64,000 nt of DNA. It comes from Candidatus Dojkabacteria bacterium. Lineage in GTDB: Bacteria > Patescibacteriota > Dojkabacteria > SC72. The notes beneath the pieces were generated by a model. It ran no database searches. It worked only from the letters and a program-made list of their open reading frames with translations, and had not been told where the DNA came from. Made by a program: the position numbers and the translations under genes. Numbering within the stretch: position 1 is the stretch's first letter; the number at the start of each line of letters is the position of its first letter. The stretch lies in the NCBI GenBank assembly GCA_012842045.1, contig DUTP01000006.1, positions 10,979 through 74,978 of the forward strand, written 5' to 3'. This document shows, piece by piece, positions 55,733-64,000 of the stretch.

Positions 55733-56703
55733 CCACATACATATCTGTGGCTAAGTTCTTTTTTGTAAGTATTGACATACTGTTTGTAAACACCTGGCCA
55801 CATCTTTGCAGGATCAGCGCATCCTCTTATTTTTTCTAATGTTCTCTTGATTTGTGCGTGTCCTTCAAAAATATTATCTGTGGGATATTGTTTGTACCAT
55901 AAACATGGATTCCACTGGAAAAGTCCTTTGTGGAAGCCCTTGTTTCTTTCTGCATTACAACCAGATTCTTTTTCCATTGTAAATTTCAGCCATTCCTTTT
56001 CCTCTTCTGTTGCATTAATCTTGTCAACTTCTGATTTCCAATATGGACAATTGAATCCAATCTGAGGAACAGAGTCTGGAGGATGTATACCACCAGAGAG
56101 AGAAATAATCTCTTTTACAGGTTGTTTAATAATCTCTTCACTTACAACTTTTTCAGAAATATATTCTCCATCGAGAAAATATTTTTCAATTGTTTGCACT
56201 TTTCTTCCTGTCTCGCCTTTTTGTGCAATTCTCTTTTCAGTCATACTTGCACATAGGGATTCTCCTTCTGTAACAGTCTCAAATGGGACAGTCACAAAAA
56301 CCTGAGAAATCTCTGTTACATATGTCTGAATTGTAATATAGCTCTCTTTGTATAATCTATCTATCGGAGAATTAGATAGAATTCTATTCTTACTCCCAAG
56401 AGGATATCCGAGCTCTAGAAGAGTTTCTGTAGTACTGATGCCTCTTGTTAAATATGTGACAATATCCGAATTGTAAGAAACAGTCATAACTTTGATCCTA
56501 CCATCAGAGGTATCTTGAATACCAAGAACATCCATAAGAGCTTCTCTGTTTTCTCTCTCTACTTCCGTAAATACATCTCTGTATATATCTCCGAAATGTT
56601 TGGTACTTACAGTATTTGCAAACCAAAACATGATAAGAAACAGCAATAAATAGAATACCTTTTTTCTAGACATAGTAATCAATTCTATCATACAAAAAAA
56701 CAT
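55723..56703 (-). CDS. Secreted G5-domain protein with a C-terminal Rpf-like (lysozyme-fold) transglycosylase domain; DUF348-G5-Rpf architecture
   Basis: N-terminal TM or signal peptide. DUF348-like DGRIKVMTVSYNSDIVTYL. G5-like ...VPFETVTEGESL...KGETGRKVQTIEKYFLDGEYISEKVV. The C-terminus EKESGCNAERNKGFHKGLFQWNPCLW resembles the Rpf motif (CESGGNW...GGLQF..TW) with a catalytic Glu. Confidence 0.45.
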   Translation of the reverse strand: MFFCMIELITMSRKKVFYLLLFLIMFWFANTVSTKHFGDIYRDVFTEVERENREALMDVLGIQDTSDGRIKVMTVSYNSDIVTYLTRGISTTETLLELGYPLGSKNRILSNSPIDRLYKESYITIQTYVTEISQVFVTVPFETVTEGESLCASMTEKRIAQKGETGRKVQTIEKYFLDGEYISEKVVSEEIIKQPVKEIISLSGGIHPPDSVPQIGFNCPYWKSEVDKINATEEEKEWLKFTMEKESGCNAERNKGFHKGLFQWNPCLWYKQYPTDNIFEGHAQIKRTLEKIRGCADPAKMWPGVYKQYVNTYKKELSHRYVCGYL

Positions 56704-56737
56704 TTGACATAAATATCTTCCTCATCTATATTCAATT

Positions 56738-58186
56738 ATGCGAAAAAATGTAAAAAAGTTCCTTCCATGGCTAATTCTCTTAACGATACTTGTTGGTGCA
56801 GTCATATGGTATATATTAGACAGGAGGGTTTCGGATACACAGCAACAAGCATATGGAGAGAAGATAAAGGAAGCTGAACTGAATCTAAATGGTAAAAATT
56901 ATTCAACAGCATTAAACAAATATTATGATGCAACGGAGATCATTCCTCATGAACTTAAAGCCTATTCTGGCATTGTAAATGCTCTTCTTCTTAAAAACAG
57001 AAAAGAAGATGCTCTCGCAATAACTAGAGAAGCTACAAGAGCTCTTTCGTCAAATCAGAGATCAAACCTCTATTTATCTATAGGGGATGTGTACTTTGAA
57101 GAAGGAAACTATGAAAAAGCAAAAGAAGTTTATCAAGAAGGTTTAAGTTTAGGTGTTACAAATCCTGCGCTAGAATTAGCATTAGGGAAGTCTCTTCTTA
57201 ATGTAGGAATGTTCAAAGAAGGTAGAAGATTAATAGAAGAAAATCAATATACAGGGGAAGAAGAAATAGAGGCTAATCTAATTCTCTCATATATCTATGC
57301 AATTGAAGGTATAGATAAAGCAAAAAAGCAGATTAGTGCTGTTACTCCATCTGAGAGGTGGAATCACTTCTATGATGAATTTGATACAACTTTGAAATCA
57401 TTAGATCAAGATCTTAAATTTAATGTTGTAAAACTTGCTAGAGTATATATTAATAGTGGATATCCTTACCTTGCGATACAGGTATTACAGAAGGATGGTG
57501 TTGATATTTCACAATACTTAGAGGGGAAATATTTCTTAGGAAGAGCTTATCTAGATGCTGGTCAGTATGACAAGGCAATAACGGAGTTGGATGCTGCACT
57601 AAGTCTTGGAGGTATGGAATCTGAAATTTTCTGGACAAAAGCTAGGGCTTCATATGCTAAAAATGATTTAGAGGCTAGCATTACAAACTATTCTAGAGCT
57701 ATTGATAGTGCGGGAAAACAGATTCCTGAAGATTTGCTCAAAGAATATGTACATATGTTGTTAGATAACAAACAGAATCTTAAAGCTTCAGAGGTGATTA
57801 AACTGTCTTTAATATCGTCTGAAGAAGCATATATTTACTTATTAGGATTAGAGGTTAGTTCTACTCTCTCTGAAGCAGCAAAGATAGAATATTATATGAA
57901 TCAATTAACCAAATTTGAATTGACAGAGGATCAAGAAAAAGAATACCTCTATTGGCAAGCAAAACTATTTATAGAAAAAGGAGAGGTTGAAAATGCGAAA
58001 GTTACTTTAGAAAAATTATTATCATTAGACAAGTTTAATCCTAAATACCACTTTTTGTTAAGTAAAGTGAAAATTAAGGAAACTGATGTGGAAGGGGCTA
58101 AAATGTCATTAGAAAAGTGCATCGAGTGTGATTTGGATAATGTGGTAACAGAAGAAGCTCTCCAGTTATTGTCTAATCTTAAATAG
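56738..58186 (+). CDS. Membrane-anchored tetratricopeptide-repeat protein
   Basis: N-terminal TM (FLPWLILLTILVGAVIWYIL), then multiple TPR-like 34-aa units (AYSGIVNALLLKN..., LYLSIGDVYFEEGNYEKAKEVYQEGL...). Confidence 0.6.
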   Translation: MRKNVKKFLPWLILLTILVGAVIWYILDRRVSDTQQQAYGEKIKEAELNLNGKNYSTALNKYYDATEIIPHELKAYSGIVNALLLKNRKEDALAITREATRALSSNQRSNLYLSIGDVYFEEGNYEKAKEVYQEGLSLGVTNPALELALGKSLLNVGMFKEGRRLIEENQYTGEEEIEANLILSYIYAIEGIDKAKKQISAVTPSERWNHFYDEFDTTLKSLDQDLKFNVVKLARVYINSGYPYLAIQVLQKDGVDISQYLEGKYFLGRAYLDAGQYDKAITELDAALSLGGMESEIFWTKARASYAKNDLEASITNYSRAIDSAGKQIPEDLLKEYVHMLLDNKQNLKASEVIKLSLISSEEAYIYLLGLEVSSTLSEAAKIEYYMNQLTKFELTEDQEKEYLYWQAKLFIEKGEVENAKVTLEKLLSLDKFNPKYHFLLSKVKIKETDVEGAKMSLEKCIECDLDNVVTEEALQLLSNLK

Positions 58187-58197
58187 TTTTGTATAAT
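58169..58197 (+). promoter_or_regulatory. Putative fusA promoter (TTGTCT-17-TATAAT)
   Basis: TTGTCTaatcttaaatagttttgTATAAT lies about 60 nt upstream of the fusA ATG, spanning the TPR-gene stop. Confidence 0.4.
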
Positions 58198-58258
58198 CGC
58201 CATTGCGAAGGTAGTTTATTCCCCTTCATTTAATATGCTAATTTAATTACAATTTAAT

Positions 58259-60361
58259 ATGGATAAAAATACATACAATGTTAAGATGCCTTTAGACCAG
58301 ATTAGAAATATTGGTATCATTGCACACATAGATGCAGGAAAAACTACAACAACAGAAAGACTTTTGTACTTTACAGGACAGGTTCATAAGATTGGAGAAA
58401 CACACGAAGGTGAAGCAACTACAGACTTCATGGAACAGGAACAAGAGAGAGGTATTACTATTATGTCTGCAGCAGTTACATGTTTCTGGCCATACAATGG
58501 AGAGGATCACAGAATTAACATCATTGACACACCAGGGCATGTAGACTTTACAGCAGAGGTTGAGAGATCTCTTAGAGTTCTAGATGGTGCAGTAGTTATT
58601 TTTGATGGAAGAAAAGGAGTAGAACCACAGTCTGAAACAGTTTGGAGACAGGCAAATAAATATCATGTACCAAGAATTTGTTTTATGAATAAAATTAACC
58701 TCATTGGAGGTAACTTTGATCATAGCTTCCAAACAATTAAGGATAGGTTGAGCAATAAGGCAGTTGCAGTTACATACCCAATCGGAAAAGAGCAAGACCT
58801 ACATGGTTTCGTAGATTTGGTAAAGATGAAAGCTTACAAATATGAAGGTATTGACACCCCAGATTTGATTGAAATTCCAATACCTGAAGATATAAAAGAT
58901 AAAGTTGAAGAGTTGAGAAACATTTTAGTAGAAGCATTAGCAGAACAGGATGATGATTTAATGGAGAAATACTTTGCAGGAGAGGAATTTAAAGAAGAGG
59001 AACTCTATGCAGCTTTAAGAAAGGGAACACTAGCAGAGAATATTTTCCCAGTATTGGGTGGTGATACTAGAACAGCAATGGCTAAGACACTTTTAGACTA
59101 CATTACAATCTGTTTGCCATCGCCTTTAGATGTTCCTGCAGTAATGGGGGTAAATCCAAAGACAGGTGAAGAAGAAGAGAGAAAAGCAGAAGAGACAGAA
59201 CCATTCTCTGCATTAGTCTTTAAAATTGTTAATGACCCTCATGTTGGAAATCTTTCATACTTTAGAGTGTATTCTGGGAAGATTGATTCGGGTTCATATG
59301 TTTTGAACTCCACAAAAAATATCAAAGAGAGGGCAAGTAGACTTATCTTAATGCATGCAGATGACAGGGAAGAGGTTACCTCTTTGAGAGTTGGAGATAT
59401 TGGTGCAATTGTAGGTCTTAAGGACTCTGTAACAGGAGACACACTCTGTGATGAGAAAAATCCAATCATTCTTGAACAGATTCAGTTTGCAGAGCCAGTT
59501 GTATCGCAAGCTATTGAACCAGCAACAAAATCAGATGAAGAGAAGATGTCAGAAGCTTTAGCAAGATTTGTTAAGGAAGACCCAACATTTAGAGTGAGTT
59601 CGAATCATGAGACGGGTCAGACAATTATCTCAGGTATGGGTGAGCTTCACCTAGATATCATTGTTGATAGAATGAAAAGAGAGTTTAATGTAGCTGCAAA
59701 TGTTGGTAAGCCACAGGTTGCATACAAAGAGACTATTAAGAGTAATGTAGAACAAGTCGAAGGACGATATGTTAAACAGTCTGGTGGAAAAGGTCAGTAT
59801 GGTCACTGTTGGTTGAAGTTAGAACCAAATGAAAAAGGTAAAGGGTTTGAGTTTGTTAATGATGTTAAGGGAGGAGCAATTCCAAGAGAGTTTATCCCAG
59901 CAATCCAAAAGGGTGTAGAGGAAGCTATGAAGTCTGGTGTGACTGCTGGGTATCCAGTAGTTGATATCAAAGTATCTGTCTATGATGGTTCCTATCATGA
60001 TGTTGACTCATCTGAAGCTGCATTTAAGATTGCAGGTTCTATGGCATTCAAAGAAGGTATGAGATTAGGAGATCCAATTCTACTCGAACCAATCATGAAG
60101 GTTGATGTTGATACACCTGATGAGTATATGGGAGATGTCACAGGTTCACTTAGTAGTAAGAGGGGTCAGATTCAGGGAACTGAGAGTTTGGGTAGTGGTA
60201 TTAACAGAATTACAGCATTTGTACCATTAGCAGAACTGTTTGGATATACAAATGAGTTGAGATCCATTACTAGTGGGAGAGGTTCGTCTACAATGGAACC
60301 TGCACACTATGCGGAGGTTCCAAAAAATATTGCAGAGGAAATTGCAGGAAAGCAGGTGTAA
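58259..60361 (+). CDS. fusA: Elongation factor G
   Basis: [35 protein letters not shown]-motifs. Domains II-V. 700 aa. Confidence 0.95.
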   Translation: MDKNTYNVKMPLDQIRNIGIIAHIDAGKTTTTERLLYFTGQVHKIGETHEGEATTDFMEQEQERGITIMSAAVTCFWPYNGEDHRINIIDTPGHVDFTAEVERSLRVLDGAVVIFDGRKGVEPQSETVWRQANKYHVPRICFMNKINLIGGNFDHSFQTIKDRLSNKAVAVTYPIGKEQDLHGFVDLVKMKAYKYEGIDTPDLIEIPIPEDIKDKVEELRNILVEALAEQDDDLMEKYFAGEEFKEEELYAALRKGTLAENIFPVLGGDTRTAMAKTLLDYITICLPSPLDVPAVMGVNPKTGEEEERKAEETEPFSALVFKIVNDPHVGNLSYFRVYSGKIDSGSYVLNSTKNIKERASRLILMHADDREEVTSLRVGDIGAIVGLKDSVTGDTLCDEKNPIILEQIQFAEPVVSQAIEPATKSDEEKMSEALARFVKEDPTFRVSSNHETGQTIISGMGELHLDIIVDRMKREFNVAANVGKPQVAYKETIKSNVEQVEGRYVKQSGGKGQYGHCWLKLEPNEKGKGFEFVNDVKGGAIPREFIPAIQKGVEEAMKSGVTAGYPVVDIKVSVYDGSYHDVDSSEAAFKIAGSMAFKEGMRLGDPILLEPIMKVDVDTPDEYMGDVTGSLSSKRGQIQGTESLGSGINRITAFVPLAELFGYTNELRSITSGRGSSTMEPAHYAEVPKNIAEEIAGKQV

Positions 60362-60370
60362 GTATCTGAA

Positions 60371-60405
60371 AGAACCTCTAGTAGTTAAGTGTTACTAGAG
60401 GTTCT
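60371..60405. terminator. Perfect 13-bp inverted repeat (AGAACCTCTAGTA-N9-TACTAGAGGTTCT) between the convergent fusA and HAD genes. Bidirectional terminator candidate.
   Basis: Seen directly in the sequence. The right arm overlaps the last codons of the minus-strand HAD gene. Confidence 0.55.
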
Positions 60406-61026
60406 TATTAACTCTTCAATCTCTAAAATATCTTCAATAATATAATCAGGAGTAAAACTATCACTAGTTCTTCCACTTTTAAGCCAAATAGTCTTCATAT
60501 TAAATCTTGCTCCTGTTATCAAATCTTCTATATCATCATCAACAAAGAAAATTTGTTTAGGGTCTGCATTTGGAAATTTCTTTATCAATATGTCGTATAA
60601 TCCAGGTTTTGGTTTCTTAATTTTATAATCCCCACTAAAAATAATTTCATCAAAAATATCTCTTAAGTTAAATTTCTGTACCAAATAGTATCCCCATTCA
60701 GAAGGTATGTTAGATAGAATTGCTAATCTGGAATCTTTCTTCATTCTTGTTGCCATTTCTAACACACCCATCTTAAAAAGAATTTTACTTAGGAATCTTT
60801 CCTCAAAATCCTCGTAGTTTGCAACTCCAATATTATTCCAGAAAGTACTCTTTGAGATTCTACTAACTTGGTAGTTCCAATATTCCCTTCGAATCAAATT
60901 AATACTTTTGTTTGGAATCATAAGGTGTAGTATTTGTGATATTAGATGTGGATTAGACGTTAATGTCCCAATCATATCGAAAATGACTAATCTCTCCTTT
61001 TCATTATCTTTGTTGCTTTCTTCCAT
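60385..61026 (-). CDS. HAD-superfamily hydrolase
   Basis: Motif I LVIFDMIGTL (DxxGTL-like), motif IV FFVDDDIEDL. 213 aa. Confidence 0.7.
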   Translation of the reverse strand: MEESNKDNEKERLVIFDMIGTLTSNPHLISQILHLMIPNKSINLIRREYWNYQVSRISKSTFWNNIGVANYEDFEERFLSKILFKMGVLEMATRMKKDSRLAILSNIPSEWGYYLVQKFNLRDIFDEIIFSGDYKIKKPKPGLYDILIKKFPNADPKQIFFVDDDIEDLITGARFNMKTIWLKSGRTSDSFTPDYIIEDILEIEELIRTSSNT

Positions 61027-61139
61027 ATTTTGTTTGTCCTAAGTTTAACTATTTAAAGTATATATGAAGAGTGGGGATATTGGTACTTTGCTTTTCTTTG
61101 GTATAATCTCTGAATTAAATAATCAAACATTACAAACGA

Positions 61140-61970
61140 ATGAAAAAGAAACAAAACGATTTAAAAAGTTCTGAGCTACTTTCTCTCTTACAAGAAGGTA
61201 AGGTACAAGAATTCTTTGATGAACTAGGAAAAATAATTGAGACATTTGGTGAAGACATTAAAAACTTCAATCTTGATGATTGGGCTGTTAAATATTCTAG
61301 AGGGAAAGAACAACAAGCTATTAATACTGCTATTACAGGGAAAGCGGAAGAAAAAGCTAAAGAATGGATATGTCCAAGAATACCTGATTGGGTTCATCCT
61401 GATCATTTAACAGTACTAGGGTATATTGGTATGGTAATTACAGCATTGGGTTTTGTTTTTGGATTCGTGAATAGGTGGTACATACTTTTAATACCATTTG
61501 GTCTGCTAGTTAACTGGTTTGGAGATTCTTTTGATGGAAGTATTGCAAGATATAGAAAGAAAACTAGACCTAAGTATGGCTATTATATTGATAAAATAGT
61601 AGATGCTGTTGCAGTTGTCACTTTAGCATTAGGTGTCGGTCTTTCAGGCTTTATTAAGATAGAGATTGCTCTCCTTTTCGCATGTATCTACCTGGCCTTA
61701 ATGTCCCATGTTGATTTGGTTACTCATGTGCAAGGACAGAATAGGAATGCATTTGGATTATTTGGTCCAACAGAGATTAGGATAGTGGGAGTATTGTTCT
61801 CCATATATATGTTTTTCTCAAAAGTTCATTATTTCGATGTTTATAAATATACAATAACTCAGTATGATATTGCGTTGTTTGCTATAACTGTGATAATGGC
61901 TGGTGTACTCTTTGTGTCTATTCTCAAAAAAGGTGTTGAACTCCATAAAATTGATACTAAGGATTGGTAG
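61140..61970 (+). CDS. CDP-alcohol phosphatidyltransferase family protein
   Basis: Signature D-x2-DG-x2-AR-x8-G-x3-D-x3-D present as GDSFDGSIARYRKKTRPKYGYYIDKIVDAV. Multiple TM helices. Confidence 0.75.
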   Translation: MKKKQNDLKSSELLSLLQEGKVQEFFDELGKIIETFGEDIKNFNLDDWAVKYSRGKEQQAINTAITGKAEEKAKEWICPRIPDWVHPDHLTVLGYIGMVITALGFVFGFVNRWYILLIPFGLLVNWFGDSFDGSIARYRKKTRPKYGYYIDKIVDAVAVVTLALGVGLSGFIKIEIALLFACIYLALMSHVDLVTHVQGQNRNAFGLFGPTEIRIVGVLFSIYMFFSKVHYFDVYKYTITQYDIALFAITVIMAGVLFVSILKKGVELHKIDTKDW

Positions 61971-62125
61971 CAACTTAATAGGTCTGGCCAGTTATTGGCT
62001 TATATAAGATAGGGCTTGCATTAGTTGTAACTTTTTGATAATATTCATCGCAGGTTCTCTATTGAACCTCAAGATAATCAAAGGTATTAAATAATATAAA
62101 TAATTAAATTTTTAAAAATATATTT

Positions 62126-63304
62126 ATGGCAGGCGAATTTACAAGAACAAAGCCACACATGAATATCGGAACCCTTGGTCATATCGATCACGGTAAGACA
62201 ACATTGGTTAAAGGTATTCTAACAACATTCTCTCCTGATAAAGAGGATACAGCAAAGATGATCGACAAGCTGGATAAAGATCCAGAAGCAAGATCAAAGG
62301 CAATTACAATTGCACCAGCACATGTAGAATTTGAAACTGAAGATAGACACTATGCATTAGTAGACTGTCCAGGTCACAAAGACTACATTAAGAATATGAT
62401 TACAGGTGCAGCACAGATGGATGGTGCTATTTTAGTTATCTCATCCAGCGACGGTGCTATGCCTCAAACAAAGGAGCATATTCTTCTTGCAAAGCAGGTT
62501 GGTGTTCCAAAGATGGTTGTTTTTATCAACAAGTTTAAGGATGCAGATCCAGAGCTTTTAGATTTGATTAAAGCAGATGTTCAAGACCTTTTAAAGAAGT
62601 ATGGTTTTGATGAGAATTGCCCAATCATTGAAGGAGATGCTCTTAAGGCTTCACAGGGCGAAGAGGAAGGTGCAAGTGGAATTAGAGATCTTATGAAAGC
62701 AGTAGAAGAATATATTCCAGTTCCAGAAAGAGATATTGACAAACCATTCTTGATGCCTATTGAAGATGTCTTCTCAATTGAAGGTAGGGGTACAGTAGTA
62801 ACAGGAAGAATTGAAAGAGGTAAGATTAAGGTTGGTGAGGAAGTAGATGTATTAGGAATGGGTAGAAAGACTCAGAAGACAGCTGTTACAGGTGTTGAGA
62901 TGTTTAACAAAGCACTTAACGAGGGTCAGGCAGGAGATAATGTTGGTGTTCTACTTAGAGGTTTAAAGAGAGAGGATGTGCAGAGAGGGCAAGCATTAGC
63001 TGCACCAGGAACTGTAAGTACTCATACAGACTTCAAAGCAGAGGTCTATGTGTTAAGTAAAGAGGAAGGTGGAAGACACTCACCATTTGTATCTGGTTAC
63101 AAACCACAGTTCTACATCAAGACTGCTGATGTAACAGGAGAAGTTGTCTTACCAGAGGGTACAGAGATGGTTGCTCCAGGAGACAATACAGAGTTTACAG
63201 TAAAGTTGATATCTCCAGTTGCAATTGAGAAAGGTTTCTCCTTTGCAATTAGAGAAGGTGGTCAGACAGTAGGTCAAGGTATTGTAACTGAGATTTTGAA
63301 GTAA
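62126..63304 (+). CDS. tuf: Elongation factor Tu
   Basis: [22 protein letters not shown]. Full-length 392 aa. Confidence 0.95.
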   Translation: MAGEFTRTKPHMNIGTLGHIDHGKTTLVKGILTTFSPDKEDTAKMIDKLDKDPEARSKAITIAPAHVEFETEDRHYALVDCPGHKDYIKNMITGAAQMDGAILVISSSDGAMPQTKEHILLAKQVGVPKMVVFINKFKDADPELLDLIKADVQDLLKKYGFDENCPIIEGDALKASQGEEEGASGIRDLMKAVEEYIPVPERDIDKPFLMPIEDVFSIEGRGTVVTGRIERGKIKVGEEVDVLGMGRKTQKTAVTGVEMFNKALNEGQAGDNVGVLLRGLKREDVQRGQALAAPGTVSTHTDFKAEVYVLSKEEGGRHSPFVSGYKPQFYIKTADVTGEVVLPEGTEMVAPGDNTEFTVKLISPVAIEKGFSFAIREGGQTVGQGIVTEILK

Positions 63305-63314
63305 GGGTTTTGTC

Positions 63315-63340
63315 GTAGAGGGTGGGTGACCACCCTCTAC
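63315..63340 (+). terminator. GC-rich 11-bp-stem hairpin (GTAGAGGGTGG-GTGA-CCACCCTCTAC) downstream of tuf, with a weak U-tract
   Basis: Perfect palindrome seen in the sequence, followed by atgtaatatttaattt. Confidence 0.5.
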
Positions 63341-63371
63341 ATGTAATATTTAATTTAGCTCTTTTGAAAGA

Positions 63372-63683
63372 ATGGCAAACGAAAGTCCAAGAATTAGAGT
63401 AAAACTACGGGGGTATGATTCTTCTGTAGTTGACAGGTCTGCAAAAAGTATAATAGAAACAGCTATTAGTACAGGTGCTAAAGTTGCAGGACCAATTCCT
63501 CTTCCAACTAAAAAGAGGAAGGTTGCAGTAAATAGATCACCATTTATTTATAAGAGCTCAATTGAACATTTTGAGATAAACACTCATAAAAGAGTGATAG
63601 ATATAATTGATCCTACTCCCAAAACGATCGATGCTTTGCAGCATTTAGAGATGCCTGCAGGTGTAGATATTGGGATTCAGTAA
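63372..63683 (+). CDS. rpsJ: 30S ribosomal protein S10
   Basis: [25 protein letters not shown]... Confidence 0.95.
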   Translation: MANESPRIRVKLRGYDSSVVDRSAKSIIETAISTGAKVAGPIPLPTKKRKVAVNRSPFIYKSSIEHFEINTHKRVIDIIDPTPKTIDALQHLEMPAGVDIGIQ

Positions 63684-63699
63684 TAGTTAATTAATAAAA

Positions 63700-64000
63700 A
63701 TGAAGGCATTAATAGGAACAAAAAAAGGTATGACAAGAGTGTTTGTGGATGACAAGGTTGTCCCAGTAACTGTTGTCGATGTGTCAGACTGTATATTGTC
63801 CTTTATTGAGCCTGAAGGTTTTGAGTTAGGGTTAGGTGAGAAGAAGAATCCTACGAAAGCAATGGCTGGTAGGTATGCAAATGCAAAGAAAGTTCCTGCA
63901 CAAACTTCGTACTTCAAGGGGATATTGGAGGGAGAAGTACAGATAGGAGATGAGGTAAAACCTGAAATCTTTTCCTCTGGAGACAAAGTAGTTGTAAGAG
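63700..64000 (+). CDS. rplC: 50S ribosomal protein L3; N-terminal part, continues past the window end
   Basis: MKALIGTKKGMTRVFVDDKVVPVTVVD... runs to the window edge. The minus-strand ORF 63687-63986 is its antisense shadow. Confidence 0.9.
   Translation, partial: MKALIGTKKGMTRVFVDDKVVPVTVVDVSDCILSFIEPEGFELGLGEKKNPTKAMAGRYANAKKVPAQTSYFKGILEGEVQIGDEVKPEIFSSGDKVVVR

Noticed and set aside
63687-63986. 99-aa minus-strand ORF at the window end
   Set aside because: It lies antisense to the rplC (L3) N-terminus (MKALIGTKKGMTRVF...), which is the real gene.
1-64000. Hypothesis that TGA is not used as a stop codon (absent RF2 or codon reassignment as in Gracilibacteria/SR1 code 25 or Mycoplasma code 4)
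   Set aside because: Most stops I checked are TAA or TAG, but the XRE/S24 gene (22488) and the histidine kinase gene (34984) end in TGA. Long conserved genes (fusA, tuf, pnp, groL) are uninterrupted under the standard code. TGA is therefore a functioning, if infrequent (about 2 of 56), stop codon, and the standard code applies.
1-64000. CRISPR arrays, prophage or integrative elements, rRNA genes
   Set aside because: I found no regularly spaced short direct repeats. No integrase, recombinase, terminase or capsid-like ORFs were found, and no rRNA-like conserved stretches. The only non-coding RNA I can support is tRNA-Leu at 37770-37853.

Overview
This 64-kb window is gene-dense (about 58 CDS and one tRNA-Leu) and AT-rich. 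By eye the GC content is roughly one third. The genetic code looks standard: long conserved ORFs are intact, and TGA is used as a stop at least twice. Most of the window is housekeeping. Ribosomal and translation genes: rpsT, rpsO, rpsJ, rplC (partial), fusA, tuf, infB, def, a short alaS. Transcription and RNA: nusA, pnp. Chaperones: dnaJ, groES and groEL. DNA replication and repair: holA and a UvrD/PcrA helicase. rRNA methyltransferases: ksgA (partial at the 5' edge and missing from the ORF track), rsmB/F and rsmE. One-carbon and other metabolism: folD, glyA, queH. Other: secG and ruvX/yqgF. A form II/III (archaeal/CPR-type) RuBisCO large subunit sits between infB and groES. That gene, together with minimal-length IF2 and AlaRS, weak Shine-Dalgarno signals, a sortase and many membrane-anchored repeat proteins, suggests a Candidate Phyla Radiation (CPR)-like, small-genome bacterium; this is an inference. 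Accessory content includes an XRE-HTH/S24 repressor next to an ImmA/IrrE-like metalloprotease, a folD-glyA operon ending in a long ThyX-like gene, and CIRCE-like operators upstream of dnaJ and groES. A block of six consecutive uncharacterised envelope genes (43.5-53.7 kb) contains a VirB6/TrbL-like polytopic membrane protein and an 877-aa protein with a Cys-rich HExxH C-terminal domain. This block is the best candidate for an undescribed system. No CRISPR array, integrase or rRNA gene was seen. Coordinates of non-CDS features are hand-counted and may be off by 1-2 nt.
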